Numbered from the stretch's first letter, positions 37,951 to 60,662 are shown. The stretch is 64,000 nt of DNA from Eledone cirrhosa (GCA_964016885.1 OZ024746.1:92814001-92878000); one strand, 5' to 3'. The notes: generated by a model from the letters alone, not told the origin. Numbers and translations: made by a program.

Positions 37951-40900
37951 GTAAAAATAACCTTTATTTACTTTTATCCTTTTTTCTGAGTGCTTTTTTT
38001 TTTTTATTAATTATATATATATAAAGGTTATATTTAATTTGTTGGAATTCAACAAACTTGTGTGTGTGTGAGTCCTGGGTTCAATCGGCGGTAACCACAG
38101 TAAGGTACTCAATATATTAGTAGAGGGTAAACATCATATTTAATATAGAAATAGCTTCTACAGGACTAGAACTCTTTCATTCAAAAGAAATCACCAGGAA
38201 AACCCCTGATGATTTCTTTTGAATGAAACAGTTCTAGTCTTGTAGAAGCCATTTCTATATTAAACATGATATATATATATATATATATATATCCGTATGT
38301 AGTTGATCACCGAGAGAAAGTATTCAATACTGAAATAGAGTTTAACTATTCATTTTATTAAAGCCTTAATAAAATGAATATGTATATATATATATATGTG
38401 TGTGTATATGTATGTATATATGTGCCCACATGTACATAAAAATATATGTATATATTTCCAGAGGGTCATCAGATAAGATGACCCGGTGATAAACAGGCGA
38501 TACTCCAGAGCAACAAGGTTCACATTTTACCCTTCTTCGGTATTGAGTACTCCTTCCTCTCTGCCACCAGCCACAAACGGATATATATATATACCTGAAG
38601 AATTGTTTTTTAAAAATATATTTTAAGATCAATTTGTACATTTGATTCTTCAACAGGAAATTACCGCTGTGTTGGTTTGTGTAGCTAACGCATTATCTGC
38701 CATTCATATAAAAATATTTCGTTCAATATTATTTTGGCCATGTTTTTACTACACAGTTTATCTATGTATCATTAAAATCTGTTGTAACAGTATGTGCTGT
38801 GGTCATTCATTCATTCTATAGAACCTCGTTCGTTCCTTATAGTAATATACATGTAGTACCAGTAATATGCAATGGTCATCCTTTCTGCAGAATCTCGTTC
38901 GTTCCTTGCAATAATTAAACAATGCATATATGTGTCTGTAGTACCAGTAATAATATACTGTAACTATTTGTTCTTCAGAATTTAAACTATCTCCTGCATA
39001 AATAAATTAACTTTGTAAGGCTTTATATTAAAAATAAAAAGAATGGAAATTAATGCTTCATTTTATAGAATGTAAACTGTATTTTTTCAATCAGACCGGT
39101 TTAGACACACGCTGTATGTACTACTATTGAAGCGGGCACCACCATCATATAGATAACACACGTTTGTGTATCTTTTCAAGCTAGCATGTATGTCTGCATT
39201 AATGTCTATAATTGCCATTAAATGTATGATGCATACAACTTAAACCTGTGTTTCTCTAGCTATTTGTATATCTAGATGGAAAAAAAAAATTAGGTTTAGT
39301 AGCGTATTTCTTTCACGTGTTTATTTAAACAGATTTTTTTTTCTGTGGGCGATGAAGGCTTTGTATTTCATAGATAACTTTGTGTTTTGACGTTCTTGCC
39401 TTTCTTTGAGACGTTAAATGACTGGAATGAAATGAAATTTTTAAGGGAGCGACTGTTACTTTGTTGAAACTGAAACAATTTTAGCGTTGAAAAATCATTT
39501 TAGCCATAAAAAAAAAAAAACACGAAAACTTAACCTCCTTCACTTCACATTTCTTGCCGTCTAAATTTTCGTCGCACTGTTTACGACCTGGTCACTAACA
39601 CAGTTCGACGGAAACGTCGACTCCAAGAAATAAATGATAAATGTAAAGTGAAGTTTTTAATGGCTAAAATGATTTTCCCCACAATAGGCAGCAAACTTGT
39701 TTTGGAAATCTCTGAGAAAAACAGAGTTAGTGCACTAATTTCCCCTCCCTGCTATTGCGGTATCATTTGTTAATAATGAAACAAACGGAGACCTGATGGT
39801 TTCAAAGCCGAGAAAATTTCATTTATATTCAAGACTCCCTCATTTGTCGAGAGAGAAAATCGATTACATCGACCCCAAACATTCCGATTTACAAGGCAGC
39901 CTTCTATTAAAGAATCTTAGTTTCTGATTTAATCAAAAGGCCAGCAATTTAGTGGGCGTATGGAAAATCAATGAAATCGAGATAGTATTTGACTGTAACT
40001 TAAATTTATCGATCACCGGAGGATGAAAAACAATATTGACATCGGTAAGATTTGAACTCGGAATGTAAAGAGTCAAACTAAATGCCACAAAACATTTTGG
40101 TCGACGTCAGAGAATTCCAACGAGTTCATGTGTTTGATGTCCCAATATATATTCACCCACATATAAAGTTAGTGGCACTGTGACCCGACACCAATTTATG
40201 TAACTACCGGTTATGTAAACTAACTTTGTTTTTTCTGAGACATCACTTTAGTTTACTTAACTAAAATGGTTATAGAGGTGCCAGTTTATATTATTCTTTT
40301 ACTAGTTTCTTTTGGCCATTAATTTTCCCTTTAAAATGCGCATTGACAATACTTTTCATCGCTGTAGATGTTGCTTTTTCAATCTATTTTGGTACCAAAG
40401 TTATTTTCTAGATTTTTATATCCGCCGATTGGCGTGGTACGATTCACATACACTCTTTCTGGTTTCAAGCATTAAATTGTGGCCTTGCGGGCACACTGCC
40501 TTGAAAGGATTAAGACGATCATATCAACCACAGTAGCAGTACTTATTTAAATAAAATTTATTTCTAATATCAATATAACAAAAATAACAATGTTAATAAT
40601 TGAAAAAAATATTAATGATTATGATCTAACTGGCAAAGTGTATATTCGTATTAGGGATAAAAACCATTAATCTGGATACCTAAATATGGAGTGTTACGCG
40701 ATGGGGGCCCCCCACAGCCCCGGCGGACAGGATTTTATCGACCTCTTTTCGTCGAACCGTACCCCAACCCACACAAACACTTGTTGATTTATTCATTTTG
40801 TTACAGAATAGCTACTAGGATGTTTACAAGGGTTCTTAGCGAACACTCGCTTTGCTGAAACATCGTAGGTGTGTTGTAAGAAAATGAATAAACTTTAATA

Positions 40901-41077
40901 TTTTCTCTTCTAAATAAGTTTCTCCGTTGTGGACTAGACCATATATGTGTGCGTGTGTGTGTATATATGTATGTGTATGTATAAATGTATGTAAAAGGTA
41001 AACAGAAATAACAGCACAAACGGTACAGTATATGGAAGGAATATATTAGTTTAACGCTTGAAATAGCAGGAAAAGGG

Positions 41078-41113
41078 TCTTAACGTTTCGGACGCTAGTC
41101 CTTCATCAGAAGA
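41078..41113 (-). ncRNA. Minimal type I hammerhead ribozyme (Penelope-type)
   Basis: Minus strand TCTT-CTGATGA-AGGAC tagc GTCC-GAAAC-GTT-AAGA: full catalytic core, stem I TCTT/AAGA, 4-bp stem II and a palindromic ACGT stem III. Confidence 0.75.
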
Positions 41114-42283
41114 ATGTGTATGTATATGATTACTCGATGCAGAGTGGGTATATTAACGAGATAGAAACAAATTTTATTTCATAAATACATTACAAATCGT
41201 TTGCAATTCTTTCAGAATGAAAATATAAACAGAGCATATAGATTTACAGTAGAATAACATAACAAATATGTTTTAAATATATACATAACATTACAAATGC
41301 TTAGACAATATTATAAATAGTTCGCGATTCTTTCAGAAAGATATATTCTTTTAATGTTACAATATTAAAGAAAATGTAAAGGAAGGGGTGAGCAACGGAG
41401 CCAACACCAGAGCAAAAGACAGCAACGTCGCGAGTACTGAGCAACCTCTCTAATGATTTTTGAGGCAAGCCAGCACACTATCAGTGTTGCCTCGGGTAAT
41501 GGCGAGGCTGATGCGCTGAAACAGCCAAGCGCCCTCGCGAGATTCGCCAGTTACCTCTATTAGGCGAGCCGCCAGTGAGGAGAGGTTCGAGATTGTGTGT
41601 GTTAATAGGTAAAACGACTTAAGTCATTTAGTGATAAGAAAGAAAAAAAGATCACCATTGAATATGAAAGTGTGTGAATGGGTGTTTGTTGGAAGAAATC
41701 GTTGTTTTGATCTCTTATCTTCAGCATTATTTCTTTTTTTGTATCTATTTTTCTATCTATCTGTGTCTGATTGTCTAAACACCTTTCTTTCTTTCTCTTT
41801 CGTTCTCTCTCTATCGTTTTCTCTCTATCTATCGTTCTCTCTCTCTCTTTTTATCGTTCTCTATCTATCTCGCTTTCTATCTTTCTGTCTATCTATCCTT
41901 TCTATCTGTCTTTATTTTATTCCTTTCCTTTCATCATTATCTTATATTTCATCTATTTACTTATAATTTTGTTTCCTGTTGTAATGTGTTGTAATGTCGT
42001 TTACATTCACCATTACCAACCACCACCCCCACTCTTCATATACAGTAGTTACAAGCCTAATCCTCTCTCTTTCTTCCCCTCTCTCTCTCTCACATACACA
42101 TCTTATATTGTGTGTGATCGAATCTATGCCTGCTTGTGTGTTTTATGTGGTCCTCTCCAGTTGGAATTTGTTCCTATGGTAACCAATCGACACGAACATT
42201 TTGAAGAGGGTGTCATCTGAGAGATGACTGCTAAGACTTTTAGAAGTCTCTTGTGAATTTTCAGGATTCTTGGTTATCACTAC

Positions 42284-42334
<51 letters not shown>

Positions 42335-44285
42335 ACGAACAATATAAACGTTAATGTGTTGGCAACAAATAATTTTGATCTTAATTTCCAATCACAGTAA
42401 TTTTACAATATCACAGAGCATATATATAATAATAATAATAAAGACATTACAAATGAAAAAAAGTTATACAATAATGAAAAGATGAAAAAGAATGATTAAA
42501 ATTAAATAATAAGAAAAGGGGGAAGGGGTAAAGGACAGATCTGACTGTATGGGAAAGTAGAGGAAAGGACTCTAATTGCCATAAATCAGGAAAAGGAAGG
42601 AAAAAGCAAGGACTCTTGGGCCATGGAAAAAAGGGAGTGGGTGATGGGCTCGGGCCTAGGGCAGAACAGTATTGAACTCCAGAGTTTAATTCCCAGACAG
42701 AGTGGTACATTGTGTCCTTGGGAAAACTACTTTCTCATTCTGCTCCATCTCACTCTGCTGGAGCAATGAGTCACAAGGACACAGGTCCTCATTTGTATTG
42801 ACATTTCCTTTGGACAACATCGATGCTATGGAAAGGAGAGACTGGCATGCATGGATTACAGTTGGTCTTCACAAAATATCTTGCTGCAGCTTTTTATGCT
42901 TTGGAACAGAACTTTCCAGGTTCAACATTCCATATATTGTGCATGTAAGTTATTTAAACCCAGGCCGGCCATGATCGATCAGACCTTTTGATTGAAAAGG
43001 TGCTGACATGACATCATATCTGTCTTAGAAACAGTTCACTCATAACCACATTCTATTGTATGTCCTTTTATAAGATGATAAGGGCGTGTGTTTGAGAACA
43101 TTTGGTTGCTATTTCTCAGACTTCCTCATTGGCTCATGTATGTGAGTGGTGTGTGTGTGTTTGTATACATACGTAAATCCTGCAAATGTGTGTGTTGGTG
43201 ATAGGAAGGGCATCCAGCTATAGAAAACTTGCCAGACAAAGAGTCAGGAGGACCCTCCAGTTGTGCCAAGGGCATGACAACCTCCCTAGTGTTGGTGATT
43301 TACACGATAAACGCACTCAGTACACACTGTAAAGTGGTTGGTGATAGGAAGGGCATCCAGTCATAGAAATCTTGCAAAATAATCTGAAAAATTAATAAGT
43401 GTGTGGGGTGGGGGACGATTATTCAAGGCCTGAGAGTAAGCAAGACACAGATCCCTGGCTTGCTTGGGAGATCAGTAGTTCTGTTTCAGTACAGACTTGG
43501 TCTATATAGACTCATCCAACCCTTGCTTGCAGGGAGAGCAGACATTAAAACAACAATGATGATGATATATATATCCTTGTCTTTAAACTAATATATGTAA
43601 ACATATATGACTATATACATAGGAAAATAAGGACTCTTCAGACACATAATGTTGGTGCCAGGATAAAATGTTCCAAGTACATTGTAATATGGTTGTAGGA
43701 AGTGCATCCGTTTGTAGAAATGCCAGATAAATGGTTGGGAGGGTTCTTCATAGTGTCAAAGACATGATACCCTTCTAGTGTTAGTGCCATGATAAATTGC
43801 ATCCAATACACTGTAGAAACCATTTCAAAACTGGAACATATGGAAGCAACACATGCTCTGCAGCACCCTACTATGTCTGGTATGACAGTAGCTCCAATTA
43901 AATAATGATTTGGTTTATAAAGGCCTGTCCAACCCTTGAAGAAACGGATGTTTAATGATGATGATGATTATATTGAAATTCTTTTATAGGTTTGTGTAAT
44001 TACATGAAACATGCACCAAATGAAAGCTTCAAATAGTTTATAGACAGAATAATATTTGTTATTAATAGTGGTTGTTTATTTTGAAGTTTAAGTGTTAGTA
44101 AATGTTTGTTTGAACAAGTGGTTGGGAAATGGTGACCAATTTAATGTTAAGCTGTTGGAATTCTTTAAACAGCTACCTGGTTAGTTGCTATATGGGAAGC
44201 AAGTTGTTTCATTCCTTTGTAGAAAAAAAATTGTGATATGTCTAAGACCAATGTAGACCGAAATCTTGAATGATGTCAGATCAAC

Positions 44286-44414
44286 TGCAGAGCTAAGTCT
44301 TAAATCATTTCTTAGACAAGCTGCAGAGCTATGTCTTAAATCATGTCTTAGACTAGTTGCAGAGTTAAGTCTTAAATCATGTCTTAGACTAGTTGCAGAA
44401 CTAAGTCTTAAATC
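44286..44414 (+). repeat. 36-bp tandem repeat, about 3.5 copies
   Basis: Unit TGCAGAGCTAAGTCTTAAATCATGTCTTAGACTAGT. Confidence 0.85.
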
Positions 44415-45884
44415 TCTCCCACTCACTTATCCTCTTTCTCTTCCACCATCTATCCCCTTTCTCCCCTCTCTCTCTCTTTACACCTGTTCTCGCTAAGTTC
44501 AGATGTGTTTCTCTTCGCTCTCTCTCTCTGATGCTGTTAATAAGGTCTTACATCTGGTCGCCATTTTAACTTCTTCCTCTCTCCCCTTGGTTACTGCTAC
44601 ATACATGTACTAGTGTCTTGCGTTTCCCCCTCTTTATTGATATGTTTTCTATTTTTTTTTCTGTTTATTTTCTTTCTCTTCGCTATCGTCTCCTTTTTGT
44701 CTTTTTCTTTTCTAATAACTTCCTGAAGTTATCAATGCACTGTGGATAGATGTATTGTCTTTAATGTGTTGAAACACCCGAGACCCACAGCAGACAACTG
44801 AAGAGGGGAATTGTCTTATGTTTGTGTTTCCCTTATATACATATAATTCTTTGTCTGTAAGTCTTTTCCTTGTGCATTCTCAAATGGCTTGACCAAATCA
44901 AATCAAATGTTACAAAGGAATAGTATTTGACCCTGGGATTAACATGTAATTTTCATTTGGATTAAAACAATATAACATTTTACCTAAAATAATGTACTAT
45001 AGTCAACTATAAGTAAATGGACATTTTATAACACGACGACGATGTCACATTTTGTATATGAGTGTGTATGTATGTTTGCACATTCATTACATATGTTAGG
45101 ACTTAGTAAGTTACAGACACACACATAGTCACGTAAATATTTAATAAAATACACAGAATTAAGCACACACACACATCTACATATACATATGTGATGACTG
45201 ACAAGTATGTGTGTGAGTGTCTCTTCGTGGGTGAAGCTCTGTGTGTGTGTGTTTGTATGAATGTGTGTATGTTTGTGTGTTTGTTTATATTTATGTTCTC
45301 ATACCGTTAAATTAGCAGTAACATTTGCTTATATTTGGTTAATTTACGCTGCATACAAAAATAATAATTAATATATATTTCTTTTGGATGTTGATACTTT
45401 TTGTTTACAATATTAAAAAAAAAAAGTCTTTATTCTAAAAATTCCCCTCACACCTACAGCTGTTTCATTTGAATTTAAGCGGCTTCAGTTTCCAGTCAAA
45501 CTAAGTTTTGTTATTTCAATTAACAAATCTCAGGGTCAATCCCTCAAGGGCTTAATCTCTCTACTACATGTTTCTCCCATGATCAACCCTATGTTGGTTG
45601 CTCACGAGTTGGAAGCAGCAACAATTTATTCATTTGGACACCAACAAAGAATTACACGATGAATACTGTTTACCCTGAGGGGTAAAGATTGACAGATTTT
45701 CGTTTCTAAATCCTATTATCATTACAATTTTGATATTTTAAAAATAAAATATAGATATTTTGAAATAATAATGAGAAAAAATATATCTCCATACTTATTG
45801 TTTACTAATCTGAACAAGAACAGCAGTAACCCAGCAACACTGGGTCATTCAGCTAGTGTGTGTATATATATATATGTATATATG

Positions 45885-46220
45885 TATCATCATCATCATT
45901 ATCATCATCATTTTACGTCCGCTTTTCCCTGCTTGCAAGGGTGGGACGAGAACTGATTCTGGCTTGATTTCTACAGCTGGATGCCCTTCCTAACACCAAC
46001 CTCATTTATAGTGAGTGCTGGGTGCTTTTTTTGCCGTGGCACCTCCACGACCACTTTGCAGTGGAATAATAAGGACTCCAGTCCCTATCATGAGTAAACT
46101 GGAGCAATGTGAAATAAAGTGTCTTGCTCAAGGAAACAACACATCACCCAGTCTGAGAATTGAACTCCCAACCTTTCGATTGCAAGGCCAATGCTCTAAC
46201 CACTAAGCCATGTGCCTCCA
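45885..46220 (-). mobile_element. Full-length composite tRNA/CORE/RTE-tail SINE
   Basis: Minus strand GGAGGCACATGGCTTAGTGGTTAGAGC...GAGTTCAATTC, CORE segment, RTE tail and (GAT)n, flanked by (TA)n. Confidence 0.85.
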
Positions 46221-46389
46221 TATATATATGTATATATATATGTATATATATATATTTATATATGTATATATATGTATATATATATATATTATATATATAT
46301 ATAGTAATAATAATAAATTTGAAGACTAAAATCCAAAGAGGGCTCGATAAGGATAAATATATATCAAATATATAAGAACCGTAGAGCAA

Positions 46390-46656
46390 ATATTTATTAA
46401 AATAACAGATTAAAGTTTAGTAAAGAATCGCTGCTTTCACCCTTAACGGGATCTTCTGAAACTAACAAAGTCAATCTGTAAACGCAGAACTGGATATTTC
46501 AAAAAACGTTGCAACCGGAGGAAGACAGGAAGACGAACGTTTTTTGAAATATCCAGTTCTGCGTTTACAGATTGACTTTGTTAGTTTCAGAAGATCCCGT
46601 TAAGGGTGAAAGCAGCGATTCTTTACTAAACTTTAATCTGTTATTTTAATAAATAT
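46390..46656. repeat. Perfect 121-bp inverted repeat with a 25-bp spacer
   Basis: Arm 46390-46510 is the reverse complement of arm 46536-46656; no mismatch was seen by eye. Confidence 0.95.
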
Positions 46657-56209
<9,553 letters not shown>

Positions 56210-56210
<1 letters not shown>

Positions 56211-58041
56211 ATCGTTAACTGTTATAAGGGTAAAGGAGATGCCCTAGATAGGAGTAACTATAGAGGCATTAAATTAATCGACCAGGTCATGAAGGTCACG
56301 GAAAAAGTAATAGCGCAACTAATCAGAGAGAGAATTGACCTAGATGAAATGCAGTTCGGGTTTGTGTCAGGCAAAAGTACCACAGACGCTCTTTTCATAG
56401 TACGACAACTACAGGAGAAGTTCCTAGCTAAAGGTAAACCCCTCTACTTAGCTTTTGTCGACTTGGAGAAAGCCTTCGACAGAGTCCCCCGCTCCATTAT
56501 CTGGTGGGCTCTTAGAAAACTAGGCGTTGACGAATGGCTTGTGAGGGCTATACAAGCCATGTATAAAGAAACAGTCATCAAGGTTAGAATTAACAACGAA
56601 TATAGTGAAGAGTTTAGTGTAAAAGTTGGCGTCCATCAGGGCTCTGTTCTCAGCCCCCTACTATTTATTATTGCCCTTCAGGCTATAACAGAGGAGTTCA
56701 AGACAGGCTGCCCATGGGAACTCCTATACGCAGACGGCCTGACACTCATAGCGTAATCAATGGCCGAGCTAGAGAAGAAATTCCAAACATGGAAGCACGG
56801 CCTAGAGTCAAAAGGACTTAAAATTAACCTGGCTAAGACCAAAGTTCTAGTTTGTAGGAAAGAAAACAAGGCGGCGGTCCCTTCTGGGAAATGGTCGTGC
56901 TCGGTGTGTAGGAAAGGCGTAGGTAGAAACTCCATTTTATGTCCTAAATGCAAAGTATGGGTGCATAAAAGATGTAGTGGGATCACAGGTAAGCTAACTA
57001 AGAACATAGATTTTACATGTGGCCGGTGTTCTGGTGCAATAAGTAGCAGCAAGTGCCCACAAAATACTAGCTCTTTCAATTGCGCAGAGGGTTCTATAGA
57101 AATAGTGGACAGCTTCCGTTACCTGGGCGATAAAATCAGCAGTGGGGGAGGGTGCTCTGAAAGTACTGTAGCTAGAGTCAGAACTGGTTGGAAAAAGTTC
57201 AGAGAGCTTATACCACTATTAGCTGCTAAAGGGTTCTCCCTAAAAATGAAAGGCAGGTTGTACGATGCCTGCATACGAAGAGCAATGTTGCATGGCAGTG
57301 AGACCTGGGCATTGTGTGCAGAGGATATACGCAGACTAGAGAGAAACGAAGCTTGCATGCTCCGCTGGATGTGTAACAGTAATATACGTGAACGGCAAAG
57401 CATAAACGAACTAAGGAAAAAATTAGAGATAAGAGGGATCAGATGTTGTTTACTCGAGAGAAGGCTACGTTGGTATGGACACGTGATGCGCATGAAAGTC
57501 GATAGCTGTATAACAAAGTGCAGGGCAATAAAGATAGACGGTAGCCACGGAATAGGCAGACCTAGAAAAACCTGGGACGAGCTGATAAACTCCGACCTCA
57601 CACACTTACACCTCTCCAAGACAATGTCACTGGACCGAGACCTTTGGCGGTACTCTGTAACAGAGAAGACCCGCCTTGCCAGTAGGCATCTCTAACAAAA
57701 TACACCCCGTCCCGCCACCACCCCCACCCATCCACACCACCCCGTCCTATGTAAAGTTATGTTGGTGCCGCGCCATCCAGGCCGAAACAAATGAGATCGT
57801 GTAGGTGTCACGACAAAAAAAACACACAGTCCACGCTGTAATGTGGCCGTGTAGGCAACACGGTAAAAACCTCCCAGACCCACACTGTAAATGTGGTTGG
57901 TGTTAGGAAGGGCATCCAACTGTAGAAAACCTGCCAGACAGTCCTATGCGAGCAAGACAATCACTCTTGCCTCAAGTGGGACTACCCCCGTCCAAACCCA
58001 TGCAAGCGTGGAACACGGACGTTAAACGTTGATGATGATGA
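56210..58041 (+). mobile_element. RTE family B LINE, 5'-truncated copy 1 (inactive: YADG, stop at 56754)
   Basis: [45 protein letters not shown]; 3' UTR and (GAT)n tail. Confidence 0.93.
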
Positions 58042-58055
58042 TATATACATACACA

Positions 58056-58099
<44 letters not shown>

Positions 58100-58225
58100 C
58101 ACACACATATATATATATATATATATACACATACATATATATATATATATATACACATACATATATATATATATATATACATATACACACACATATATAC
58201 ATACATATATATATATATATATATA

Positions 58226-60430
58226 CAGATACATACTTAACGATGACGGCGTACTTGCCATCACCGACGCCGATAAGAAGGTAGCTTGGAAGTGTCACTA
58301 TGAAAGGCTACTCAATGAGGAGAATAAATGGGAGAAAGACAGTCTCCCCCACATCGACCCAATAGAGGGACCAGCAGTGTTAGTTGAGGGTAGTAAAATA
58401 AGTAAGGCAATCAAAGATATGAAGACAGGCAAGGCGGCTGGGCCTTCGGAAATAGTTGCCGAGATGCTGAAGGCATCTGGTACGGTGGGACACACCATGG
58501 TCACCCGGATAGTCAACCAAGTCATACAGAATGGGGTTGTTCCGAAGGACTGGCGTAGCAGCATTATCGTTAACTGTTAAAAGGGTAAAGGAGATGCCCT
58601 AGATAGGAGTAACTATAGAGGCATTAAATTAATCGACCAGGTCATGAAGGTCACGGAAAAAGTAATAGCGCAACTAATCAGAGAGCGAATTGATCTAGAT
58701 GAAATGCAGTTCGGGTTTGTGTCAGGAAAAAGTACCACAGACGCTCTTTTCATTGTACGACAACTACAGGAGAAGTACCTAGCTAAAAGTAAACCCCTAT
58801 ACTTAGCTTTCGTCGACTTGGAGAAGGCCTTCGACAGAGTCCCCCGTTCCATTATCTGGTGGGCTCTTAGAAAACTAGGTGTCGATGAATGGCTTGTGAG
58901 AGCTATACAAGCCATGTATAAAGAAACAGTCAGCAAGGTTAGAATTAACAATGAATATAGTGAAGAGTTTAGTGTAAAAGTTGGTGTTCATCAGGGCTCT
59001 GTTCTTAGCCCTCTACTATTTATTATTGCCCTCCAGGCTATAACAGTGGACTTCAAGACCGGCTGCCCATGGGAACTCCTATACGCAGATGATCTAACGC
59101 TCATAGCTGAATCAATGGCCGAGCTAGAGAAGAAATTCCAAACTTGGAAGCACGGGCTAGAATCAAAAGGCCTTAAAATTAACCTGGCTAAGACTAAAGT
59201 TCTAGTTTGTAAGAAAGAAAACAAGGCGGCGGTCCCCTCCGGGAAGTGGCCATGCGCAGAGTGTAGGAAAGGCGTAGGTAGAAATTCCATTTTGTGTCCC
59301 AAATGCAAAGTTTGGGTTCATAAAAGATGTAGTGGGATCACAGGTAAGCTAACTAAGAACATAGATTTTACATGTGGCCGGTGTTCTGGGGCAATAAGTA
59401 GCAGCAAGTGCCCACAAAATACTAGCTCTTTCAACTGCGCAGAGGGTTCTATAGAAATAGTGGACAGCTTCCGTTACCTGGGTGACAAAATCAGCAGTGG
59501 GGGAGGGTGCTCTGAAAGTACAGTAGCTAGAGTCAGAACTGGGTGGAAAAAGTTCAGAGAGCTTATACCACTATTAGCCGCTAAAGGGTTCTCCCTAAAA
59601 ATGAAAGGCAGGTTGTACGATGCCTGCATACGAAGAGCAATGTTGCATGGCAGTGAGACCTGGGCATTGTGTGCAGAGGATATACGCAGACTAGAGAGAA
59701 ACGAAGCTTGCATGCTCCGCTGGATGTGTAATAGTAATATACGTGAACGACAAAGCATAAACGAACTAAGGAAAAAATTAGAAATAAGAGGGATCAGATG
59801 TTGTTTACTAGAGAGAAGGCTACGTTGGTATGGTCACGTGATGCGCATGAAGGACGATAGCTGTATAACAAAGTGCAGGGCAATAAAGATAGATGGTAGC
59901 CACGGAATAGGCAGACCCAGAAAAACCTGGGACGAGCTGATAAACTCCGACCTCACACAGTTACACCTCACCAAGACAATGTCACTGGACCGAGACCTTT
60001 GGCGGTACTCAGTAATAGAGAAGACCCGCCTTACCTAAATACAAAGTAAAACCTACTACAGTCAGTAGGCATCTCTAACAAAATACACCCCCGTCCCACC
60101 ACCCCCACCCCATCCACACCGCCCCCTCTATGTAAAGTTATGTTGGTGCCACACCATCCAGGCCGAAACAAATGAGATCGTGTAGGTGTCACGACAAAAA
60201 AACACACAGTCCACGCTGTAATGTGGCCGTGTAGGCAACACGGTAAAAACCTCCCAGACCCACACTGTAAATGTGGTTGGTGTTAGGAAGGGCATCCAAC
60301 TGTAGAAAACCTGCCAGACAGTCCTATGCGAGCAAGACAATCACTCTTGCCTCAAGTGGGAAAACCCCCGTCCAAACCCATGCAAGCGTGGAACACGGAC
60401 GTTAAACGATGATGATGATGATGATGATGA
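58226..60430 (+). mobile_element. RTE family B LINE, 5'-truncated copy 2 (YADD intact, stop at 58578)
   Basis: Near-identical to copy 1; [13 protein letters not shown] at 59082-59093, Cys-rich insert, 3' UTR and (GAT)n tail. Confidence 0.93.
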
Positions 60431-60477
60431 TATATACATATATACATATATATATACATATATATATATATACATAC

Positions 60478-60570
<93 letters not shown>

Positions 60571-60579
60571 CATATATAC

Positions 60580-60662
<83 letters not shown>

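Noticed and set aside
41631-42220. Hydrophobic ORFs resembling membrane proteins or a PPP1R14 exon 2
   Set aside because: Derived from (TC)/(TCTA) low-complexity sequence; no EIDxDELL-like motif as expected for the next PPP1R14 exon.
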